DNA of 64,000 bases from Elusimicrobiota bacterium (lineage in GTDB: Bacteria > Elusimicrobiota > Elusimicrobia > Elusimicrobiales > UBA9959): the NCBI GenBank assembly GCA_036574205.1, contig JAINCQ010000028.1, positions 64,001 to 128,000 of the forward strand, written 5' to 3'. Position 1 is the first letter of the stretch. Each line of letters opens with the position of its first letter. A model generated the notes under the pieces. The model was not told where the DNA came from. It was given only the letters and a program-made list of their open reading frames with translations, and searched no databases. Of this stretch, positions 52,628-63,572 are shown piece by piece. Both the position numbers and the translations under genes were made by a program.

Positions 52628-53045
52628 CTTGCCTCCTGTTTGATAAAAGTTTTTTGATTATCTGTTTGTCACTTGGATATTTAAGAAGTAAAAGCGCATC
52701 TTTGTAAGAAACCCATCTGGTTTCTTCTATTTCATTTGGGGTTTCTATTTTGCCAGTCTCTTCGATAGGAGTCATTAAATACCAGTAAACTTTTTTTTCA
52801 ACCTTTTCTCCATTTCTGGTAAAAAAATAATGAGATATAAAAAACTTAGCATTGTCAGAAATTTTACATTTTACTCCAGTTTCTTCAAATACTTCACGCA
52901 AAGCTGCTTCTAGAGGGGTTTCATTTTTTTCAATATGTCCCTTTGGAAATGTCCATACTTTTTCTCCCGTTATTGTGTTCATAAGTATAATCATTACGCT
53001 ATCATTTTTTGTTATGATACCTCCAGCTGAAAACTCTTTTTTCAT
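52617..53045 (-). CDS. NUDIX hydrolase
   Basis: PKGHIE..ETP..AALREVFEETG. Confidence 0.92.
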   Translation of the reverse strand: MKKEFSAGGIITKNDSVMIILMNTITGEKVWTFPKGHIEKNETPLEAALREVFEETGVKCKISDNAKFFISHYFFTRNGEKVEKKVYWYLMTPIEETGKIETPNEIEETRWVSYKDALLLLKYPSDKQIIKKLLSNRRQDGF

Positions 53046-54385
53046 AATAATCCTTGTGCTGCTTCAAAAAGATAATTTTCACAAAAACGATCTGATATAA
53101 ACTGTACCCCGCAGGGTAGGTTTTCGCTTGTTTTTCCGAAAGGGGCGCTTAATGCAGATATCCCGGTTAAATTTACAGGGACCGTAAAGATATCACTTAA
53201 ATACATTGAAAGAGGATCGTCTATCTTTTCACCTAATTTAAAGGCTGAAGTTGGGGTTGTGGGAATCATCAAAACATCAACCTCTTTAAAAGCCCTGTCA
53301 AAATCATCTTTTATTGCTTTTCTGACTTTTTGAGCTTTTAGATAGTAAGCGTCATAATACCCTGCGCTTAATGCATATGTCCCAAGGAGTATTCTTCTTT
53401 TAACCTCCTGTCCAAAACCTTTGCCTCTTGTTTCTTCATAGGAGGATGAAAGGTCTTCTCTTTCAATATATTTACCGTATCTTATCCCATCAAATCTTGA
53501 AAGATTTGAGGAAGCTTCACTTGAAGCTATAATATAATAGGCGCTTATAGCGTATTTTAAAAGAGGAAGGGTTATTTTTTTTACAGTTGATTTAGATGAT
53601 ATTTTAGAAACTGCGTTTTCAAAATTATCAATAACATTTTTATCAACTCCATTTCTGTCAAATTCAATAACTCCAAATTTTAGTTTTGATATATCTTTTT
53701 TTTCTTGTTCTAATATCTCTTTATATGTGGTAGAATCTTTTGGATCTGTACCTTTTATTGTTTCATATGCTAATTTAAGAGTTTCTAAGTCTCTTGCTAT
53801 GGGTCCTATCTGATCAAGACTTGACGCAAAAGCTATAAGCCCATACCTTGAAACTGTCCCATATGTTGGTTTTAAGCCATAAACTCCACAAAATGAGGCT
53901 GGCTGCCTTATAGATCCTCCTGTGTCAGATCCTAATGCTATATCACAAAATCCAGCAGCCACTGCCGCAGCAGATCCTCCAGAAGATCCTCCCGGAACAT
54001 AATCAAGATTATGTGGATTTCTGGTTTTAAAATAAGCTGAGTTTTCAGTAGATGAGCCCATTGCAAATTCATCCATATTAGTTCTTCCAATTATTATTCC
54101 ATCTGAATCAATTATTCTCTGAACCGCGGTGGCTGTATATGGCGATTTGTAATTTTCAAGAATTTTTGAAGCGGCTGTTATATTTTTGCCTTCATATAGC
54201 ATATTATCTTTTATTGCAACTATATATCCATAAAGTTTTTTGGGTTTTCTACCGTTTTTAATCTCAGATTCTATTTTTTCTGCTTGCTCAATTGCATCTT
54301 TTTCCCATATCTCTATAAAAGCTTTTATTTTTCCATCTTCCTCTTTTATTTTCTTAATATATCTTTCTATTTTTTCTACCAGCAT
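53042..54385 (-). CDS. gatA: Amidotransferase subunit A
   Basis: NMDEFAMGSS, PGGSSGGS, GSDTGGSIRQPA, FGQEVKRRI. Confidence 0.98.
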   Translation of the reverse strand: MLVEKIERYIKKIKEEDGKIKAFIEIWEKDAIEQAEKIESEIKNGRKPKKLYGYIVAIKDNMLYEGKNITAASKILENYKSPYTATAVQRIIDSDGIIIGRTNMDEFAMGSSTENSAYFKTRNPHNLDYVPGGSSGGSAAAVAAGFCDIALGSDTGGSIRQPASFCGVYGLKPTYGTVSRYGLIAFASSLDQIGPIARDLETLKLAYETIKGTDPKDSTTYKEILEQEKKDISKLKFGVIEFDRNGVDKNVIDNFENAVSKISSKSTVKKITLPLLKYAISAYYIIASSEASSNLSRFDGIRYGKYIEREDLSSSYEETRGKGFGQEVKRRILLGTYALSAGYYDAYYLKAQKVRKAIKDDFDRAFKEVDVLMIPTTPTSAFKLGEKIDDPLSMYLSDIFTVPVNLTGISALSAPFGKTSENLPCGVQFISDRFCENYLFEAAQGLL

Positions 54386-54395
54386 TTTCCCTCCA

Positions 54396-54665
54396 TCAAA
54401 TCACTTTTTTCACCTTAACAAAATCATATTCTTTATTTGGAAAATTCTCTATTATTTTTTCCTTTGCATGAAATTTTTCTGGCTGATCTTCATAAATAGA
54501 ACTTTCTATGTTTGTTATAGAAAACTGAGGCATGATATTGCTTGTGTCAACCTCGTTTAAATCATTTATCCATTTAATTATATTTTCAAATTGTTTAGAA
54601 AAAACAGATTTCTCTTTTTCATCAAGATTTATTTTTGCAAGTCTTGCAATATATTCTACATCCAT
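54396..54665 (-). CDS. gatC: Amidotransferase subunit C
   Basis: VEYIARLAKI, L.EVDT; upstream of gatA. Confidence 0.9.
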   Translation of the reverse strand: MDVEYIARLAKINLDEKEKSVFSKQFENIIKWINDLNEVDTSNIMPQFSITNIESSIYEDQPEKFHAKEKIIENFPNKEYDFVKVKKVI

Positions 54666-54677
54666 ATTAATTCCTCC

Positions 54678-56855
54678 TTAGATAATTTCTATTGGAGCAA
54701 ATTTAAGCATAAATGTGTGAATAGAACCATCTGAAAATTTTATCTTAACCTTTGCGAATTCCCCAGATCCTATAACCTCAATAATTTTCCCTTTACCAAA
54801 AATTGGATGTATTGCTATTCTTCCCGCTTCAGCTTTTGGTTTTAAAGCGCTATATGCTTCTATTATTTTTATATCATCCTCTTTTTTCCTGCCGAAATAA
54901 TCAGATACTTCAGCCTCTATTATAAATCTTGACATCATATTAGGATATGTTTTTCCAAATATCCTTCTTGTCTTTGCCCAGCTTAAGAAAAGCTTTTTTT
55001 TGGCGCGCGTCATTCCAACATACATTAACCTTCTTTCTTCTTCCATATCTTCTTCATCTGAGTTTGCCGCGTTTATCGGAAAAAGACCTTCTTCAAGCCC
55101 TGTAACAAATACCGCTTCAAACTCAAGCCCTTTGGCAAGATGAACTGTCATAAGTGTTACGGTATCCGAGTTTTCATTAAAATCATCTATATCTGATTGA
55201 AGAGATATTTCTTCAAGATATTTTTCAAGGGTTGGTTTTATCCCTTTTTTTTCGCAATCATCTTCAAATTGTTTTATGGCGTTTACAAGCTCCTGTATAT
55301 TTGCAAGTCGCATAAGCCCGGTTTCTTTATCTTTTTCTGCTTCTTCCTCAAGCATCTGCCAGTATCCGGATTTTATAAGAAGTTTTTCCATAAGAATATG
55401 TGGTTTTTCAATGGCAGATAAATTTTTAAATTCTTTTATAATCTCCATAAAATTCTGGATTGATGCTCTTGCTGATGGAGGGATGGTGGCCTCGCTTGAT
55501 AAAAGCGCGTCAAAAAAAGGTATGCCTCTTATACTAGAATATTCAAGGATTTTTTCTATGGTTTTATCCCCAATTCCTCTTGGCGGGGTGTTTATAACTC
55601 TCATCAGACTTATTGTGTCGTCATTATTTACTACTACCCTTAAATATGCTATAGCGTCTTTTATCTCTTTCCTTTCATAAAACCTTACCGTTCCTATGAG
55701 TTTATATGGTATTCTATTTTTTCTAAAATACTCTTCAAAGTTTCTGCTCTGAGCATTTGTTCGATAAAATACCGCAATGTTTTTATAAGGCATACCACCA
55801 CGAACAAGTTTTGAAATTTTAGCTGATATTGCCGCTGCTTCTTCTATCTCGTTTGCCGTCTCTATAATTTCAACTTTTTCGCCGACAGGATTCTGTGTCC
55901 ATAAATTTTTTTCTTTTCTATTCTTGTTGTGTATAATAACCCTATTGGCCGCATCAATAATTGATGATGTGGAGCGATAATTTTGTTCAAGAGCTATCGT
56001 TTTTGCGTCTTTAAAATCAGCTTCGAATTGAAGAATATTTCTTATATCCGCTCCTCTCCATCCATATATAGACTGGTCTGGATCTCCTACAACGCAAAGA
56101 TTTTTATGTTTTTGAGAGAGGGTTTTAATAAGAAGGTATTGAGCTCTGTTTGTATCTTGATATTCATCAACCAGTATATAATTAAAGTAATTTTGATAAT
56201 ACTCGCATAGCTCCTTATTATTTTTTAAAAGTTCAACCGGCTTTGAAATAAGATCGCCAAAATCAACCGCATTTGAACTGGCAAGTTTTTTCTGATATTC
56301 AAAGTATATCTGAGCTACTTTTATCCTTTCGGAGTTACCAGTTATTCTTGCATTTAGAAGATATGATTCTGAATCAAGGAGATCATCTTTGGCGCGGGAG
56401 ATTATAGCAAGATATACCGCTGCTTTGTTTTTATCTTTTTCAAATCCCATTTCTTTCATTGTAAGGGATATAAGTTTTTTCTGATCATCTTCGTCATATA
56501 TTACAAAATCCTTTCTAAGCCCCGCTTCTTTGTAATGCATTCTCAAAAATTTGGCTCCAAATGAATGAAATGTGGAGCACCACAGTCCATAAGCGTCCGG
56601 AACCAGTTTTACCACTCTATTTCGCATTTCCTCAGCTGCTTTGTTTGTAAATGTGATTGCAAGAATTCTTGATGGAGGAATTCCGCCGTAAGCAAGTATT
56701 GCCAATTTTGATATTAGTGTTTTTGTTTTACCGGTACCCGCTCCCGCTATTATCAAAAGAGGAGATTTGAAGTAAAGCGCTGCTTCCAGTTGCCTGTCGT
56801 TTAATCCAAGTCTTTTTATAAATTCACGATTTATATTAAGGTTTGATAGCTCCAC
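54678..56855 (-). CDS. pcrA: UvrD/PcrA DNA helicase
   Basis: AGAGTGKT, TFTNKAA, VDEYQDTN, GDPDQSIY, QNYRST, HLAKGLEF, EERRLMYVGMTRA. Confidence 0.95.
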   Translation of the reverse strand: MELSNLNINREFIKRLGLNDRQLEAALYFKSPLLIIAGAGTGKTKTLISKLAILAYGGIPPSRILAITFTNKAAEEMRNRVVKLVPDAYGLWCSTFHSFGAKFLRMHYKEAGLRKDFVIYDEDDQKKLISLTMKEMGFEKDKNKAAVYLAIISRAKDDLLDSESYLLNARITGNSERIKVAQIYFEYQKKLASSNAVDFGDLISKPVELLKNNKELCEYYQNYFNYILVDEYQDTNRAQYLLIKTLSQKHKNLCVVGDPDQSIYGWRGADIRNILQFEADFKDAKTIALEQNYRSTSSIIDAANRVIIHNKNRKEKNLWTQNPVGEKVEIIETANEIEEAAAISAKISKLVRGGMPYKNIAVFYRTNAQSRNFEEYFRKNRIPYKLIGTVRFYERKEIKDAIAYLRVVVNNDDTISLMRVINTPPRGIGDKTIEKILEYSSIRGIPFFDALLSSEATIPPSARASIQNFMEIIKEFKNLSAIEKPHILMEKLLIKSGYWQMLEEEAEKDKETGLMRLANIQELVNAIKQFEDDCEKKGIKPTLEKYLEEISLQSDIDDFNENSDTVTLMTVHLAKGLEFEAVFVTGLEEGLFPINAANSDEEDMEEERRLMYVGMTRAKKKLFLSWAKTRRIFGKTYPNMMSRFIIEAEVSDYFGRKKEDDIKIIEAYSALKPKAEAGRIAIHPIFGKGKIIEVIGSGEFAKVKIKFSDGSIHTFMLKFAPIEII

Positions 56856-57053
56856 ATATTAATTTTACAAAATTATCAAAATTATAAGTTATTATCGGGC
56901 AATTTTTTAAATTCTAAATCTGATTTTTTATAATAACTTGTAATTTTGTCGCTTTAAAACATAAAATCAGTAAAAATAGAGCAATTCTATAATAGGTCTT
57001 TAGGACTTGACATAATAAATAGTATATATTAAAACATAGATAAGGAAATATTT

Positions 57054-59271
57054 ATGGATAAAATAATATTGAGTTTTTTGTTAAGTTTAAATATATTTAT
57101 GGAAATGCCTGGGAGTTAAGCCAGAGCGATATACAAATATCTCCTGAGATTGACTCAAAAATTCCAGATTCAAAATCAATAAAACCATCAACGACTTCAT
57201 CATCAGCGTCTCAAATTGCGCCGGATAACCTTAATTTCTGGGATAAATTAAATAGCGGGGTTTTTGATAATCTTTGTAAACAGGCGCAGATAAAACTTAA
57301 TCAGGACGCCCGTTTAGACAATATCGCCGGGATTTCAGGCGGTTTTAAAAGAAAGTTTGAAAGATATCCCGATAAAACCCTTGCGCTTGTGGATGAGGTC
57401 GAAGTAAAACTTGATTCATCATTTGGGACTGAGATCTTAAATATACCGGAAGTCGGTTCTTTAAATGTAGGGATATCTGGTTCGGTTGAGGGGAAGTCAA
57501 TAGTCGTAACACCTTTAAGGAGTGATGATTATTGTAGAAATTTAACAAAACTCATAGATTTAAGAAAAGTAAAAACAGTTCTTCCGATAACAGAGAAAAG
57601 AATAAGTGATATGAAGGTTGGGGAGATATGGAAGATGCCAATAGTAACAAGATTTTCTTTTTCAGGAAATATATCTGGATCTCCAATACCTTATATCGTT
57701 TTTTCCATAGGAGGAGGGTTTAACAAAGAAAGAACACCTTTGGTAAGTTTATATAGAATGGATCCAAATACATTGAGGCTCAGGATAAGAATAGAACGAC
57801 TTGAGCTTAAATCTATAAATGCAGGGGTTTCAACTACATATGAGATAGTTCCGGGTGATATAGGACTTTTTGAAGCGGAAAATATAATAACAAAGCTTGT
57901 CAATAAAGAGATTGCAAAACAGATAAACAAATATATAGCTTTTAAAATAGGATATTCAACCAGTAAATCAAAAAGCAGGAAACTACTTATTGAATTTTTG
58001 ATTAATCCAAACGACAGGGAGCAACTCAACTTGCTTGTAAAATTTTTAAAAGGCAATCTGGGAATAATAAGTAAATTAATAAAATTGGGACTTAGATTTA
58101 GCGAGTTTGATGAGAATATGGATTATAATCAGGGGTATGCTGCTATAAATAATGTTACAAATCAGGCGGCCTATCAACTTGGCGCTTCTTCCTCAACATA
58201 CGCCGGATCAAATCTATCTCACTCCCATAGCTCAAATTTTCATATAACCGTTCCAGTGATACACAGCCATCAATACACATCAAACAATTCATATAACAGA
58301 TATCAGAGCCTTGATGGGAAGGATGTTATTCATATCCACAAGCCCAAAGAGTATCAGAGGGTTCTTCTTTAAATATACCTTTTCTTGGAACAATAATTAA
58401 ATATCGCGAAGAAGAAAATGTTATGGCAATAAATAGAGAGAACAGGGAAAAGGTGGATGATCCACTTTTCCTTTACCAGTATAATGCTGGTTTTGTAAGA
58501 AATTCTGAGTCAAAAGCAAGAAAGATGCTAGATAAAGCAAATGGAATTTTGAAATATATAGCTACAGACGGTAACGGAACTTCAAACGAATATACCTTAA
58601 ACACAAATTCTATATTTCCAAAAAGTCCTGAACCGGAGGATTATAACTCCGACGATCTTATGAGCGGAAGTTCTGAGAAAACATATAAGCGCGGAATGAT
58701 AGCCTTTAACCTTCTTATATCAAAGGAAGGGATCAAGCAGATAATATTTTCAACGCCTCAAAGAATCTTAAAAGCTTATCTTAATATGATGAAGGAATTT
58801 GACGAATATCTCGTTAAAAAATTTAGTTCGCTTTTTAAAGTGGTAAAAGATAAAAATGGCAGAGATAAAGTTGAGATTGATACCAGAGAAATAGATTATG
58901 ATGAAAACTATTCAAACACTGTTGATATATTGACTCAAATGGCTTATACCGCCACAAATCTTATAAAAGATATATTTTCAATAAGAAATGAATATGATTC
59001 AAAAAAACAAGCAGAAAAACTTGTAAAAATTGCTTCAGGCAAAGGTTCAAGCAATCTTGGTTATGATAAATTTATGAAGGTTATAGTTCAGCTTGTCAGT
59101 AAAGAAAACATAGCAGGAAATATATACATATCAACCGAGAAAAAAATAAAAGGTGAAGAAGATGTTAACGCAACATATCAGGTTGATCCTAATAATGAGG
59201 TTTCCGGGACTTTAAAAGAGATTAACTCTGTGAGGGAAAGATTCTCTGCACCTTTAACTCTCAAAGATTGA
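57054..59271 (+). pseudogene. Large exported hypothetical protein (~740 aa) split by two frameshifts (~57090 and ~58340)
   Basis: Signal peptide from ATG 57054 shifts into the frame of the 57389 ORF; that frame shifts at CAC AAG CCC into an open frame leading into the 58423 ORF. Confidence 0.65.
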
Positions 59272-59340
59272 GAGTATTTGTGTCTTATATAACTTTTTAA
59301 AAAAAAGCAAAAAATATTTTTTTGTAAAATAAATAATGAG

Positions 59341-60093
59341 ATGAGCGATATAGAGATATTTGTATTAAATATACTTCCGTGGTTATTTTTGTTATTAGTC
59401 GTTTTGATCTTAATTCAAACATTTTATTATCCCTATAAGAGAAGAAATGAGATTTTACAGATGGTGAAGGATAGGAGTTTTGAGTATGATAAAGAGGGGA
59501 ACTCTTTGTCAAATTATATAGGCAATGTTACTACATTTGTTGTAAAGAGAAATTTTTTCGATTTAGTTTTTAAAGGTTTTGAAAAAGAAACTTCTTGTAT
59601 AGTAGCTCTTGCTTCAACTGGTTTGAATCTTTTTAATAGAGGGCATTCGAAAAAGGCAAAAAATATATTTGCTATTTCTTTTGAAGGGAAAAAATTATTT
59701 TTTTTTGATTATTATTTTACTGTTGGAAGTGGAAAACACTCTACCAGGTATTCACATACAGTTGCTCTTTTAAAGACTAACTCTTTTTTACCGGATTTTT
59801 ATATGAGACCTGAAAACTTTTTTGATTCTGTCGCTGCAATTATTGGTTTTGATGATATAGATATTTCTGGTTTTGAAAACTTTTCAAAGATCTATTACCT
59901 TAAAGGAAAAAATCCAGACTCTGTCATTTCATTTTTTACACCAGAAAGGATTATGATTTTTGAACAGTCGCCAGGGTATTATGTAGAGGCGGCTAATAAT
60001 TTTTTGATTATTTACAGTAAAAGTATTATTCCTGTTAAAAAAGATTATATTGATAAGATAGTTAATATTTTTAAAGGACTTAAAGTTGAATAG
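59341..60093 (+). CDS. Membrane-anchored hypothetical protein
   Basis: N-terminal TM helix; FDYYFTVGSGK, LPDF.MRPE, DIDI..F..FS..Y. Confidence 0.65.
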   Translation: MSDIEIFVLNILPWLFLLLVVLILIQTFYYPYKRRNEILQMVKDRSFEYDKEGNSLSNYIGNVTTFVVKRNFFDLVFKGFEKETSCIVALASTGLNLFNRGHSKKAKNIFAISFEGKKLFFFDYYFTVGSGKHSTRYSHTVALLKTNSFLPDFYMRPENFFDSVAAIIGFDDIDISGFENFSKIYYLKGKNPDSVISFFTPERIMIFEQSPGYYVEAANNFLIIYSKSIIPVKKDYIDKIVNIFKGLKVE

Positions 60094-60130
60094 AATTTTT
60101 TTAAAAAACCTGATTTTAAACGGAGGTTTG

Positions 60131-61810
60131 ATGAATATAATATTAATTGCTCTTATTATATTTAATATAAACTTTTTATCAGCAGGCGATGTGTTTCTTG
60201 ATGCAATGAAAAAAGAGTTAAACGTTTCTTATGAGAAATTAAAAAACGCTGAAAAGTTTCCTATGTATTTTATTGGATATGAGGCGTGGGATAGTGAAAA
60301 TTGGTGGGTAAGTTCCAATCTTGGATCTATAAAAAGCGAAATGGAAAGAAAACAAAGGATTATCTCCTGTGATATTAGGGTTGGAACGCCTGATATGGAT
60401 TCAACCCATGAAATAAAAGGAGTAAATTACGATGAAAATTCAAAAATGACGAATATAAGTATTTTGCCACTGAATGATGAACAAGCCATAAGGTCTGAGA
60501 TATGGAATTTGACTGACAAAACCTATAAAGATGCCCTCAATAGATACATAAGGGTTTTAACTAATAAACAGGTAACAGCTGAAGAGGAGGATAAATCCGG
60601 AGATTTTATAATTGTAAAAACTACACAATCTTTCAAAAAATATTTTGAACCTGAGATAATAGATAAAGATGTAATAAAAAATATGCTTAAAAAACTTTCT
60701 TCAGTTTTTAAAAGATATGATTTTATAATAGATTCTTCAGTTAGTTTTTCAAAAGAATATCAAAACAGATATATAGTCAATTCTAACGGTTCTGAGATTG
60801 TTGAAGGTGAAAGAAGATATAGGCTTAGCTACTTGCTTGTGGCAAGGACTGATGATGGAATGGATATTTCAAGATATCGTAACTATGATTTTGAGAATAT
60901 TTCTGAGATGCCTTTGGAGGATAAAGTTCTTTCTGATATCTATAATTCAATAGATGAGTTGAAAAATCTTTTAACTGCAAAACAACTTGAGCCTTATACT
61001 GGTCCTGCAATATTAGAAAGCAAGGCTGCGGCTGTTTTCTGGCATGAAATATTTGGACATAGAGTTGAAGGGCACAGGCAGAAAAGTGAAAGCGAAGGAC
61101 AGACCTTTGCTAAGAAAATTGGGCAAAGCATAATGCCTTCTTTTATTACGATATATGATGATCCAAATCTTAAATATTATAATTCTAAGTTTTTAAATGG
61201 AAATTATCTTTATGACGATGAAGGGGTTAAATCGCAAAAAGCCGTGCTTGTTGAAAATGGGGTTTTAAAGGGTTTTCTTATGCAGAGGGTCCCTGTTCTT
61301 GGCTTTAAAGATTCAAATGGACATGGAAGAAGAAGTCCTGGGTATTTAACTGTAGCAAGACAGGGTAATCTTATTGTTGAGTCTACAAAAGTTTTTCCTT
61401 ATCAAACCCTTAAAAAAATGCTTATTGAAGAGATTAAAAAATCACAAAAACCTTATGGGCTTATAATAAAAGACATTGAAGGTGGATTTACTTTTACCAC
61501 AAGGGATATGCCTCAAAGTTATACTGTGCTTATAAAGTATGCATTCAAGATTTATCCTGATGGCAAAGAAGAGGTTGTTAGAGGTTTGAATATGATAGGC
61601 ACTCCCTTACAAACATTTTCAAGAATAGTGGCAACTGGGGATGATTATGATGTTTTTAATGGAGTCTGTGGAGCTGAATCTGGCTGGGTTAATGTTTCTG
61701 CGGTTTCTCCTTCTTTGCTTTTTTCTGAGATTGAAACCGAGAAAGTTCAAAAATCAAATCAAAAACCGCCTATTTTAAAACCGCCTTATATTGATTTGGA
61801 GGGAAAATGA
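60131..61810 (+). CDS. TldD-family metalloprotease with signal peptide
   Basis: HEIFGHRVE, YDDEG, SNGHGR, CGAESG. Confidence 0.85.
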   Translation: MNIILIALIIFNINFLSAGDVFLDAMKKELNVSYEKLKNAEKFPMYFIGYEAWDSENWWVSSNLGSIKSEMERKQRIISCDIRVGTPDMDSTHEIKGVNYDENSKMTNISILPLNDEQAIRSEIWNLTDKTYKDALNRYIRVLTNKQVTAEEEDKSGDFIIVKTTQSFKKYFEPEIIDKDVIKNMLKKLSSVFKRYDFIIDSSVSFSKEYQNRYIVNSNGSEIVEGERRYRLSYLLVARTDDGMDISRYRNYDFENISEMPLEDKVLSDIYNSIDELKNLLTAKQLEPYTGPAILESKAAAVFWHEIFGHRVEGHRQKSESEGQTFAKKIGQSIMPSFITIYDDPNLKYYNSKFLNGNYLYDDEGVKSQKAVLVENGVLKGFLMQRVPVLGFKDSNGHGRRSPGYLTVARQGNLIVESTKVFPYQTLKKMLIEEIKKSQKPYGLIIKDIEGGFTFTTRDMPQSYTVLIKYAFKIYPDGKEEVVRGLNMIGTPLQTFSRIVATGDDYDVFNGVCGAESGWVNVSAVSPSLLFSEIETEKVQKSNQKPPILKPPYIDLEGK

Positions 61811-63477
61811 AAATATTGATTTCGTTAATCCTTTTTTTCCCATCTTTTATTAAGGCAGATGATCTGGTTATGAAAGCTATGGAAGATGAGCTATTAAGAA
61901 CAGTTGATAAACTTAAACTTGAAAATTTCCAGAAACCTTATTTTGTAGCTTATACCGTCTATGATTCTTCTTCCTGTGAGATATCAGCATCATTTGGAGA
62001 TCTGGAAAGTATAAATTATGATTTTTTAAGATTTGGAAAGGTTGATCTAAGAATAGGGGCAAAACAGTTTGATAACTCTAATTTCGTTGTTGATTTAAAT
62101 AAAAACTCTCCTGAGTTTACTTATCTGCCAGTTGAAAACGATTATGACCTTATAAGACAATCCTTATGGAGACTTACAGATGATGTTTATAAAAAAAACC
62201 TTGAAATATATTCACGGAAAGACGCATATCGTAAAAAGAAGGAGATAAAAGAAAATTATGGGGATTTAACCGATGAGGCAAAAACTGAATACTATGACAA
62301 AGAAATTTTATCTAATTTTAAATGCGCAGAATATAAAGATATTATAAAAAAAGCATCGGCTATTTTTAGAAAATATTCTGAGATCCAATCTTCAAATGTA
62401 AAACTAAATTATGAAAATCTTAAAACTCGATTTGTCAATTCCCAGGGCAGTAAATATTCCAAAAACTCCGAAGTTATCTCAGTTATTGTTCAGGCTACAG
62501 TTCAGGATAAAGAGGGATATAAAATATATGATTCCAAAAATTTTGTATTTGGAAATAGTTTAGAAGTTGAAGAAGATATAATAAAGGAGATAGATGATTA
62601 CGCAAAATCTTTATCTTTGTTGTATAATGCAAACCCTATTGATTATTATATTGGTCCTGCAATATTTAAAGATGAGGCATCAGCGCAGTTTTTTGACAGA
62701 ATTTTTGTAAGAAATATATCATTCTATCCTCCACCGGAAACTGAAAATGAAAGTTGGCTGAAATATTATTACGATATTCCTAAACTCGTAGATAGAATTG
62801 GAAAGAGAATTTCTTCTGGCTTTATAAGTGTTTACGACAATCCCTTAATTGAAAAATGTGGTTCAAAGGCGCTTATCGGTTCAGCCGCAATTGACGATGA
62901 AGGAGTTTTGACGGAGAGAATAGATCTTGTAAAAGATGGCTTCCTAAAAAATATTTATTCTTCAAGAAAACCAAATAAGTATTCAACCAACTCAAACGGA
63001 CATGGAAGAGGTTCATATAACATGAATGTTTATCCTTTTCCAAACAATGTTTTTATTACTTCATCTAAAACAACATCTTACGAGAAAATATTAGAAAAAG
63101 CGTTTGATATGGCGCGGGAGCAAAAAACTGATAAAGTAATAGTCTTTGAAAAATTACTCTCAGAATATTCAAGCGAGGATATTTTGCCGGGTCCCCTAAT
63201 AGCTTATTTTATAGATATAAATACTGGAGAAAAAACTTATCTTACGCCTTTAAAATTTGAAGGGATAAGTTTAAGGGCTTTAAGGGATATAGTTATAACT
63301 GAGGATAAAGACTATGTTTATAATTTTTATGAAAAAGGCCCATTTTATAATAGCGACAGTATTCCGGTTTCAATAATCTGCCCTCGAAGTATTTTAATAA
63401 GCGAGATTGAAGTTGTTAAAACTGATATTAAACCTGAAAAAAAACCTTATGTGCCTCACCCATATTTTGGAAAATAA
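61807..63477 (+). CDS. TldD/PmbA-related partner lacking HExxGH, with signal peptide
   Basis: Paralogous to the upstream gene (PYFVAY, LRIG..FDN, IDDEG, SNGHGR). Confidence 0.75.
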   Translation: MKILISLILFFPSFIKADDLVMKAMEDELLRTVDKLKLENFQKPYFVAYTVYDSSSCEISASFGDLESINYDFLRFGKVDLRIGAKQFDNSNFVVDLNKNSPEFTYLPVENDYDLIRQSLWRLTDDVYKKNLEIYSRKDAYRKKKEIKENYGDLTDEAKTEYYDKEILSNFKCAEYKDIIKKASAIFRKYSEIQSSNVKLNYENLKTRFVNSQGSKYSKNSEVISVIVQATVQDKEGYKIYDSKNFVFGNSLEVEEDIIKEIDDYAKSLSLLYNANPIDYYIGPAIFKDEASAQFFDRIFVRNISFYPPPETENESWLKYYYDIPKLVDRIGKRISSGFISVYDNPLIEKCGSKALIGSAAIDDEGVLTERIDLVKDGFLKNIYSSRKPNKYSTNSNGHGRGSYNMNVYPFPNNVFITSSKTTSYEKILEKAFDMAREQKTDKVIVFEKLLSEYSSEDILPGPLIAYFIDINTGEKTYLTPLKFEGISLRALRDIVITEDKDYVYNFYEKGPFYNSDSIPVSIICPRSILISEIEVVKTDIKPEKKPYVPHPYFGK

Positions 63478-63572
63478 ATCAGCAAAATCTTGTTAAGGAT
63501 AATTAATATTAATGTAAATAGATAAATTTTATATTTTATCTAAAATGGTAAAATATAAATTAAGGAGAAATT

